A stretch of 64,000 nt of DNA from Phyllobates terribilis (taxonomy: Eukaryota), in contig NW_027362769.1 in the NCBI RefSeq assembly GCF_046119375.1, forward strand, positions 374,852,001 through 374,916,000, in the 5' to 3' direction. The notes beneath the pieces were generated by a model that saw only the letters and a program-made list of their open reading frames with translations, ran no database searches and was not told where the DNA came from. The translations under genes and the position numbers were made by a program. The first letter of the stretch is position 1. Every line of letters begins with the position of its first letter. This document shows positions 32,521-42,124 of this stretch, piece after piece.

Positions 32521-33796
32521 GGTGGGGAGAGCAAATGGGGGGTGGGGGAGACTTAATGATGATAAATAGAGGGTGGGGTTGAGGAGAACAAGACATGACA
32601 TACTGAATTGGGGCAGAGGGTCCATGTAAATATAATGATTCAGGGGAGCAGGAGGTACAGAGTAGGGGGCGTTGATGCAGGAGTGTGACTGGTAATAAAT
32701 TGGGGGAAAGAGTACTAATTCATTTATATATTTATTAGGTGGGTAAAGTGGCTATTTACCGTTAGTGTGGGCACCGTGGTGGATTACAATTTATATTTGG
32801 AATGGTGGGTTGCATAATGACTGATTATATATTAATGGTGGGTGTGTGGCGCCCCTGCGGGTTCAGTCGCCGCAGAGGTACTGCATCTCACCCAGAGGTG
32901 TGGTATCCCACTCTCAGGTAAGGATAGAGTGCTGCTTGGGACCCTAACACCTGCATCCAACACACTCCACTTCAGTAGGGCAGGGCGAGATTGCTCCTAC
33001 GGGAGATCACAGTCCCTGGTCCCTGGCTGGAGTGGAGGGGAACCTAGTGAGAAGGAACCATGTAGTGGGTGTGGGTGGAGGATGTAGATCAGGGGAGCAC
33101 TGGTGAGGGAGTGATATAAAAGGGGGAACCATCTTGAAAGTTTAGTTCAGTTCAGTCAGTGAGAGAGAGAGAGTGGTGTTGGAGGAGGAAAGTGAGGGGT
33201 GCAGAGGCTCTGCGGGAGCTCTGATCCAGAGCGGGCCTGAGGAGAGGCCCAGGACTGAAGGAAGAGGAGAGGGAGCAGGAGAAAGGCTCCAGGAACAGAA
33301 GGGATCCCAGGGGTACGGGAAGTGCTGGAGGCCACCCATACGCCCGAATCTGCCAGGCGGTGGAGGGATCGAGCCGCAGAGGGGACCGGCCCCTAAACTA
33401 GTGGAGAACTACAAGGCTCAGCTAGGAACCGGAGGCTGCTGTACTTACAAGGTGCAGTGGCCACATCTGCAACTATATCGCCGAAAAGGTGGCCACATAG
33501 GGTCCAGGGGACTGCAGGTCGCCGACAAGACCCGAGGCTACCGGATTGGGACACTGGTTGCGAGGCGCAGGGCAGGAGGGCGAGAGCCAGCGCAGGAAGA
33601 CGACTGGTGAAGGCACATAGAAAGGAGTACTGTCAGGCACTCTTGAATTACCTGAGGGATTGCTGAACCCCTGCCTGGTTAACACAGCACGACGTGGGAG
33701 GTTGTAGTCCGGAACCTGTAACCTGAGGAACTTAACAACTGTGAGTAAACTCGGAAGACTGCACCCCACTGTCTCTGTGATTATTGTCTGCGCCAT

Positions 33797-36700
33797 TGTA
33801 GCGCCCCGAGGGCTCGGCCGCTACAGGGGTATTGCACCTCAGACCAGAGGTGTGATATTCCACTCTCGGGTAAGGATGGAGTATGGACCAGGGCTCAGTT
33901 AGCTGCATGCAGCACACACACCCCATTTCTCAGGGACAGCTCAACGGTGCTCCCACTAGACATAAGTGCAGGCACGACCGACCATGTCCCTGCTGGAGTG
34001 GGGAGGGAGGGGTGGAACACCCAGTGCTGTAGGGGCAGATAGGGGGCGGTTCCTGAGTGTAGGAAGAAGCCCATTGGTTGCTGGTCACCTGGGCTCATGG
34101 CTAGAGGGAGGTATAAAAGGTGGGCACCATCTTAGTTCTGGGTCAGTTCAGCCAGAGGAGAAGACAGGGAGTAGAGGCTCTGTAGGAGCTCTACTCCAGG
34201 AGGGCCTAGTGAAGAGGCCGAGGAGGAGGTGAAGGGGAGCTGAGATTCTGGCTCATCTCAGCTCCAAGAGAACGGAACAAGAAAGGAACAGAAAGGAACA
34301 GAGAAAGAGAAGGAGAGACAGAGAAACAGAAGGGCTCAGGAACAAGAAGGTGGAAGGGACCCTAAGAACCCACGAGAATCCAGGGTGAAGGGTCAGGCAG
34401 ATTAAGGGTACCGGATCCCAAGTTGGTGGAGGAGAAACAACCCTCAGCCAAAGACCGGTCGTCGTGATCATCTATTGGTGCGACACCTCATCAAACCTGC
34501 TAGGAAGGCACCATATAGGACAGCGGAGGACGGGGCCCACGTTTAACCGCACAAGTCCGCGGCAGCTGGACAAAAGTGGGCCACTGGTGAGGCAGGCCAG
34601 AGAAAGGATTAAAGGGGGTCCTGTGCCATGCTCCTGAACTGCCTGGGAGTTGACCGAGCCCCACACCTGGTGGACGCAGCACGGCTCGGGCGGTCACTAT
34701 CTGTGCACAAGTGACCTGGACTACCTGAACTGTGAGTAAAAGACATTGGGCTGCAGTACGTTGTCTGTGTGCTCTTTCGCGCCTCCAGCACTTTCAGCAC
34801 CGGGACCCGCACTACCATCCCTCCCAACATCCACTACACTGCCCTGGGGCCGCACTCTTCCCGTGGGGAGTCACATCACCTCAGCTGCACCCATCATCAG
34901 CCCCAGCGGACTGCCTTGCAGCGGCGGTTCCTAATAACCGCAATCCACGGGTGGCGTAGTCGGACATTATCTGAAGTACGTAGCAGACTACCAATGGCCT
35001 GACCACCCTGAGCCGCGGGACCGGGCCGCCACTACTACTACCCCCAACGTCTCCCTATCGCCCGGATCCGCGTGCCCCACGGCCCAGGGGGCGAGTCAGC
35101 TTTGGCGTAGTCGGCAGGATCGTGACCAACCTGCCACAAATGGGTATTGCGTGCCTGAAGAGAATTACACATGTACCTTAAAAAGAAGTTTCCCGCCGTC
35201 CGGAGTCGTTTCCCGCCATCCGGAGCCGATTCCCGCCATCAGACGCCATCTTGGACCGTTTCCCGCCATCTTCATCCGTCTTTCCCGCCCTGGCAGAGCG
35301 GACGCCATTATGGGCGCACCAAAAGACAGCAGGAAGCCACCTCCCATCGTGGGCCAGGTCCCAGAATGGCGCCAAAGAAGAAGCCCGCCCCCACCAGCCA
35401 TGAATGCAGCAGTGGAGATGTCCATCAACATGGGGGGGCTGCCCCTGAAAGTGATTGTCAGCAGAATGCCCCAGGACCACCCCCTCTGGGGGCGGAAAGA
35501 GAAGAAAACTGTGGGGCAGGGCGCGGTCTGGATCAGTCTGGCCAGGCCGCACCCGGAGATGGAGGGGGAAATCAGTGCCGGTACCCTGGTAAAGGGCCTG
35601 CTGCAAGCAACACCACCATGCAGCCTCACCGAGCTGTTAGCCCATCTCCCCAAGGAGGATCCCGAATACACACGGGCGGCGCTGGAAGAACTGGACCGGA
35701 GGATGGTCCGGGCGCAGCAAGAAGTGATCGCCGGATGGAAGGAGGAAGTGGCCCGGCGGGCTGTGATCCTGCAGCCGAAGGCGCCAGCAACAAGCAGCGC
35801 ACCAGCCAGTGAGGGCCGAGCGGAGGCCGAGGACGACGCCGTGGAGAAGGCCGCGACAGCAGAGGCAGGTAACGGAGACGCCCCTGCACCGAATCCTAGG
35901 GCCGCCGACCTGCCCCTGCACCCCGTCGCGGAGCCCCACGCACCGGGACCCGCTGTTGACACCGTGCCCTCACCGCCATCAACCAGCCCCCAGGCCGTCG
36001 ACGCTGCCAGCGAGCCCCGCCCCACGCCGTGCCCTCTGACCCCGGGCGTGCTCAGCCAACCGCCACCGCAGGCCCGGTCGCAAGGCCTAGCGCCCCCGTA
36101 CGCCGCCTGTCGACGGTCGTACTGCCGCCAACAGCTGGAGGTGTTCGAGAGGGAGCACCGGGAGCGGCGCATGAAACAGGAGAAGCTGCAGGCCCAAAGT
36201 GCGGAGCAGAAGATGAAAGCCCGACGAGATCCCCGAGCTGCCCGCGGTCCCGGAGTCACCGGGACTGTCGTGAAATTTCACATGGAACATGGCTGCGGTT
36301 TCATCCGAGACCCCGAGACCATCAGTGACGTGTTTGTGACAAGGAGAGATGTGGAGAGTCACCTACCGAAAGGCCATCGTGGGCGGGATTTATTCCCAGG
36401 CGACGTGGTGTCTTACACCCGACACCAAGGCGTGAAGGGGTGGTACGCCCTACACGTCCGCCGAGTAGTAGAGGAGGAGGAACAGCACTACTCGGACGCT
36501 GAGTACCAGGAGGGCCCAGACGGGCCTGAAGATCATGAGGAAGAAGGAGCATCAGGAGGACACCGTTACCAGTGAACGGTAAAGTGGCATTGTAAATAGT
36601 TACCCGTAAGGGTGCAAAAGAACTGTGTGGGACTGTTTCAAATTGAGTGTGGTCCCCGTTGGGACTGATATAGGACTGTATGAAAATTATCCCCTAAGTA

Positions 36701-38475
36701 ACCTGGCTGAGGACTGAGAACAGCCACCCCTCTTCCCCTAACAGGCTGAGGACTGTGAGCAGCCATTCCCCTATCCCCACCGGCCGAGGACTGGGAACGG
36801 CCAATCCCTTGTATATAGTTGCGCTTCTTAAAGCGCCCCCTACTGGTTTTATAAAAAGAACCGCAACGTCTACCTCAAAGTTAAAATGGACTGTTGCACC
36901 TTTAAAAAGAAAGAACACCTGGTCGCAAGTTGCACCGCGGCCATGAATCAAGAACCCAAGAATGTGCTTTAGTTAAAAATGTTTTAGATTTTATATGCTG
37001 CTAAATAGTAATGAAAAAGTTTTCTATAATGTCTAGTGAAAAGAAAAGTGTGTCCCATAAAGGGAGTTGAACCGTATTGTCTGTTTCTAATGTGAAAAGT
37101 TTTAAAAAGTTTTGCATGTCCTTTAAATAACTGTTTTTGCTCTTTTCCAGCCCGAGGACGTGCTGTGCTTTACCAGGGGGGAATGTAGCGCCCCGAGGGC
37201 TCGGCCGCTACAGGGGTATTGCACCTCAGACCAGAGGTGTGATATTCCACTCTCGGGTAAGGATGGAGTATGGACCAGGGCTCAGTTAGCTGCATGCAGC
37301 ACACACACCCCATTTCTCAGGGACAGCTCAACGGTGCTCCCACTAGACATAAGTGCAGGCACGACCGACCATGTCCCTGCTGGAGTGGGGAGGGAGGGGT
37401 GGAACACCCAGTGCTGTAGGGGCAGATAGGGGGCGGTTCCTGAGTGTAGGAAGGAGCCCATTGGTTGCTGGTCACCTGGGCTCATGGCTAGAGGGAGGTA
37501 TAAAAGGTGGGCACCATCTTAGTTCTGGGTCAGTTCAGCCAGAGGAGAAGACAGGGAGTAGAGGCTCTGTAGGAGCTCTACTCCAGGAGGGCCTAGTGAA
37601 GAGGCCGAGGAGGAGGTGAAGGGGAGCTGAGATTCTGGCTCATCTCAGCTCCAAGAGAACGGAACAAGAAAGGAACAGAGAAAGAGAAGGAGAGACAGAG
37701 AAACAGAAGGGCTCAGGAACAAGAAGGTGGAAGGGACCCTAAGAACCCACGAGAATCCAGGGTGAAGGGTCAGGCAGATTAAGGGTACCGGATCCCAAGT
37801 TGGTGGAGGAGAAACAACCCTCAGCCAAAGACCGGTCGTCGTGATCATCTATTGGTGCGACACCTCATCAAACCTGCTAGGAAGGCACCATATAGGACAG
37901 CGGAGGACGGGGCCCACGTTTAACCGCACAAGTCCGCGGCAGCTGGACAAAAGTGGGCCACTGGTGAGGCAGGCCAGAGAGAGGATTAAAGGGGGTCCTG
38001 TGCCATGCTCCTGAACTGCCTGGGAGTTGACCGAGCCCCACACCTGGTGGACGCAGCACGGCTCGGGCGGTCACTATCTGTGCACAAGTGACCTGGACTA
38101 CCTGAACTGTGAGTAAAAGACATTGGACTGCAGTACGTTGTCTGTGTGCTCTTTCGCGCCTCCAGCACTTTCAGCACCGGGACCCACACTACCATCCCTC
38201 CCAACATCCACTACACTGCCCTGGGGCCGCACTCTTCCCATGGGGAGTCACATCACCTCAGCTGCACCCATCATCAGCCCCAGCGGACTGCCTTACAGCG
38301 GCGGTTCCTAATAACCGCAATCCACGGGTGGCGTAGTCGGACATTATCTGAAGTACGTAGCAGACTACCAATGGCCTGACCACCCTGAGCCGCGGGACAG
38401 GGCCGCCACTACTACTACCCCCAACGTCTCCCTATCACCCGGATCCGCGTGCCCCACGGCCCAGGGGGCGAGTCA
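33797..38475 (+). mobile_element. non-autonomous LTR retroelement (Gypsy-like by inference) with a single cold-shock-domain ORF
   Basis: LTRs 33797-35098 and 37184-38475 (TG..CA; 8 substitutions and one 10-bp indel seen by eye), TSD CCAT, PBS TGGCGTAGTCGGCAGGAT 35103-35120 (complement of tRNA-Ser 3' end), PPT AGGGGGGAA 37175-37183, LTR TATAAAA 34112. Confidence 0.95.
35310..36575 (+). CDS. 421-aa LTR-element protein with C-terminal Y-box-like cold-shock domain
   Basis: Strong-Kozak ATG at 35310 within the 35151-36575 ORF. Pro/Ala-rich linker, charged helical segment, CSD about 36255-36464 (GTVVKF..HGCGFI..DVFVT..GDVVSY..GVKGWYALHV), acidic tail. No CCHC, RT, RNase H or integrase motifs. Confidence 0.8.
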   Translation: MGAPKDSRKPPPIVGQVPEWRQRRSPPPPAMNAAVEMSINMGGLPLKVIVSRMPQDHPLWGRKEKKTVGQGAVWISLARPHPEMEGEISAGTLVKGLLQATPPCSLTELLAHLPKEDPEYTRAALEELDRRMVRAQQEVIAGWKEEVARRAVILQPKAPATSSAPASEGRAEAEDDAVEKAATAEAGNGDAPAPNPRAADLPLHPVAEPHAPGPAVDTVPSPPSTSPQAVDAASEPRPTPCPLTPGVLSQPPPQARSQGLAPPYAACRRSYCRQQLEVFEREHRERRMKQEKLQAQSAEQKMKARRDPRAARGPGVTGTVVKFHMEHGCGFIRDPETISDVFVTRRDVESHLPKGHRGRDLFPGDVVSYTRHQGVKGWYALHVRRVVEEEEQHYSDAEYQEGPDGPEDHEEEGASGGHRYQ

Positions 38476-38949
38476 CCATCACCCCTGCACTACAACGCCC
38501 AGCATCACCTATAACATCTACACTGCCCTGGAGCTAAGCTCTACCTGTGGAGAGCCACACCAGCTTTGCTGCATTTACATCAGCTCCAGAGGACCTGCTC
38601 CGCAGCGGCGGCTCCCTTTAGCCGCATACCACAGGTGGCGTCACGAACTTTGTACATAAATCCCCTGTAAATATCTCCTTTTGTTGACCGCCCTCGGTCA
38701 CGGACCGGGTCACTGCCACTGTGACATCTCCCCTAGTAATGACCGGCCCGGCACCGAGTACCCCACGGCCCAGGGGGCGCGTCAGGTGCACGTCTGTATT
38801 CAGCTGCGTAGTGTAGAAGTTGGGGAATGTGCTCTAGATAACTGTGTGTTATGTTAGGCAGAGACGAGTCCTGGCTGGAAGAAGTGACGGTGGTCTGTGC
38901 TGGATTTAGGAGAAAAGCAAAGATGAAGGACTTCACTTAGACATATCAG

Positions 38950-39550
38950 TGTATTACATGTACACTGACACTATATACTATGTACAGGGCTCCTATGTAT
39001 AATGTCACTGGTGATCACTGTATTACCTGTACACTGACACTATATACAGAGCTCCTGTGTATACTGTCACTGGTGATCATTGTATTAACTGTACACTGAC
39101 ACTATATACAGAGCTCATATGTATAATGTCACTGGTGATCACTATATTACCTATACACTTACATTATACACTGTATACCATGTACAGAGCTCCTGTGTAT
39201 AATGGCACTTATGGTAATATTAGTATTGTGGGTTTTTTATAATGATCAGTATTGTATTATTCGGTGACAATGTGGTGGTAATATGTGGTCTGGTCATGGT
39301 GTGGTGTTTTTTGTCACTTCTATGTGGTATTATTCGGTCACTATGTGGTGGTAATATGTGGTCTGGTCATGGTGTGGTGTTTTTTGTCACTTCTATGTGG
39401 TATTATTCGGTCACTATGTGGTGGTAATATGTGGTCTGGTCATGGTGTGGCGGTATTCCTTGTATGTGGTATTATTCGGTCACTATGTGGTGGTAATATG
39501 TGATCTGGTCATGGTGTGGTGGTATTTGATCCTTGTATGTGGTATTATTG
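38950..39550. repeat. two tandem arrays (about 62-bp x4 and 73-bp x4)
   Basis: TACACTGACACTATATACAGAGCTC.. and TATTATTCGGTCACTATGTGGTGGTAATATGTGGTCTGGTCATGGTGTGG.. Confidence 0.85.
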
Positions 39551-42076
39551 GTTATTTTAAAAAATGTATATGACACATTCCCTTAAAGAATAATAAATAA
39601 AACATATACCTAAAAAGAGTATTGGATATTTTAAGAACATTTTAATAGGTTAGAATACAGTAGGGCCCGGCCAGAAGAGTCTACCTTATCGTGCTGGCGG
39701 CTTTAAAAATCTTTTGTCCAAAACAAATCTGCTGGCTATGTGTGTGATCTGGTGTTCACTGGGAACTGGTAATGTGTGATTGGTGAGGACGTGGTGCAGA
39801 AGTGGAGTTTTTCCAAGAGTGGGCGGGGTGACTGTAGAAGGTTCAAGGGATGGAGGCGGAGTCTCAAGGGGGCCCGAAAATGTTGCCAGTATGGGGCCCC
39901 GAAATTCTTGGTGGCAGCCCTGACTGAGCTTACAGGAAAAACTTTTCTGAAAGGTAAAAGTCAGAAACAAGCCTTGACAAGATTGTGAACATCAACTTCC
40001 TAATGAACCTTTACTTATACACAGCAACCAATGTGAATGAGAAAAGCTGCAGTGTAAAGCAATTTTTTAACCTTCCTTCGGGAATTGACGTCTCTTGCTT
40101 TTGGAAGATGAACATAGCAGGAGGTGGATTTCAGATTCCAATAGACAATGCAGCTAAGTCGTTAATGGAGAAGGCGTAAAGAGAAGAGAAGAACATTCTC
40201 CATAGATCTTGCTGTATGACTTGGATGGCAGCACGGCGTTTCAGTGGTACCGACAACGGGGGCGAGATTTGTTTCCGTGCCTCCTGATACATCGGCCTAT
40301 TTTACCATCTACACCATTGAGAACAGGACTTATTCAGGATGAGAAGAAAGCTCATGTCCTCCTTCATTCCTAAAGGAGCAGGCGACAAGATGCCAGCGAG
40401 CCTCTCACAATGACACGCTCTGTGCAAACAGTGCCACCTTTATAGGTTAACGTTCCTCCGGGAATTCACTTCTCTGACAACTGTCCTTCCCTCATAGGAC
40501 GCTCCTGATTGATATCAAGGGTTCTCCGCTCCCCCCCTTATACCCCGTGCCTCTGACATGAATATAGAAGACTATGAAGCTTGGAGCTAAATTTGTGCCT
40601 CCAACCTCTTAAGTATCACGGTTGGATCAGCACTTGGCACAGGTCTCTTTCCTCCAGCAGCTCGCTCCGGAACAAGTCCTATGGTCTGTATGTCTCTATC
40701 AAAACTGGGCGATTTAATATTGACCTTCTCATAGGTGGGATAGGTGGGATTTTTGCTGTCGGGAGGGACAATTATTTTGTGCCCATCAATTTTGACATGG
40801 GACCAGTCTTTGCCACTATAAACAGAGGTCTTATCTACAAGGGCAAAGTGCAATTTGGGGGGTAAATTTACTATTACAGTCACCTTTTTCTAATTTATAA
40901 GAATTGGCCTTTTCTGGTATCCATTAGTTGGGATTTGAGGGGCCACCTAGTGGGTGACCCAGCTTGGGTGAGAAACCATGTGCTTATCTAAATAGTAAGT
41001 GGATTGGGCTACGTGCTTTTATTTTTGGAAATGGAGGACACCATCGGGAATAATATGTTCAATTTTGACTTTGCTTCTTTTTGAACTGAAAGGTATGGAC
41101 ACAGGGCAGACATACAGAGGCCCAAAGGCTCAGTGGGTCCTCTTTGACTATAACCACGAAAACATTAGTCCCTCGCAGATTACACTGTAAGTCTGTAATT
41201 TGCAAGTATCTTGTCCTGTTGGAAGGGACCCACAGGTTGTATTTTTGAGCAGGTGCCCCCCCCCCCAGTTGTCCATGTTTGCCCCTGTCTGGACTTAAGA
41301 CTATAGGTGCATTGTCATAGATTATCCAGCTGTCATTGTGAAGGTTATCCACCTAGAAAATCCTATATAAAGTTGTCACTTTTACAAAGTTTTTGAAACT
41401 TTTTTGATTCGTGGTCTTGGGAAATTCTTTTTTTTCTTCCTTGTCTGAACAATTTATGGCTCCAGTGAAGGTCCGGTGTATTGTCTCTGTTGCAAATTTT
41501 ATCATTTTGGATGTGAAATTAGCCATGCGTGCCAAACTATTTTTCCCATCAAAATGACGGACATATCAACAGACCCCATTATAAGTCAGTAGGGTCTTTT
41601 GATCCTGGCCGATGTCCATCGTGTATAACGGGTCTGGCACTGAGTTGTGGTATCTGTTTATGGCGGAAGCCACTTTACAAATGTGTACAAGAGCCTAACG
41701 CAGGGTGGGGAGGAACTATAGGAAGAAGAAAAATTTGGGGAAAAGGAAAGAGAAAGATGATGGGTCAAAGAAAAAAGTGGGCAAAGGAGAGAAGCGGGAC
41801 GTAGAAGAAAGAAAGGAAGACGTTCAGAGCAAGGGGGAAAGAAGAAAAGGAAGGAAAATATAGGGTTACTAATTGGCAAAACGTATCCAAAAAGATGAAA
41901 AATACCAAAAAAACATTATTTTGCAGTCATGAGAATATCTCCAGGTGTTTACATGGTCTTACACAGAGTACGTGCAGTCAGTAAATATCAGATGATATAT
42001 TTACAGACTGATGACTTCACGTCAGAAGACGGATCATGTTACCCCTCTACTCATCCATGTAGAAGCTACAAGTGAT

Positions 42077-42124
42077 TATAAAGCGGCTCTTCCTCTTCTA
42101 AATTAAAGCTTTACCAATTCAATG
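42077..42124 (+). promoter_or_regulatory. candidate RPL3L core promoter and ATG exon
   Basis: TATAAA 42077-42082, pyrimidine run about 30 nt downstream, ATG|GT at 42122-42126 in phase 0 with the next exon; donor GTGGTC is weak. Confidence 0.55.

Larger units (their letters stand above)
32845..38784 (+). mobile_element. older solo LTR of the same family (32845-33796 + 38480-38784), interrupted by the CSD element
   Basis: Starts TGTGGCGCCCC, ends CCCAGGGGGCGCGTCA, TSD GGTG on both sides, about 1257 bp once the insert is removed. Confidence 0.88.
31650..39922. mobile_element. non-autonomous hAT-type element hosting minisatellites and the nested LTRs
   Basis: Termini CAGGGCCGCCA / TGGCAGCCCTG; 8-bp TSD ACAGAGCT / ACTGAGCT (7 of 8 match). 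Confidence 0.75.

Noticed and set aside
35165-36259. 364-aa antisense ORF in the LTR element
   Set aside because: GC-rich shadow of the sense CSD ORF; low complexity, no recognisable domain.
37184-38475. G-to-A excess in the 3' LTR as an APOBEC signature
   Set aside because: Only five such changes seen, three at CpG; methyl-C deamination is sufficient.
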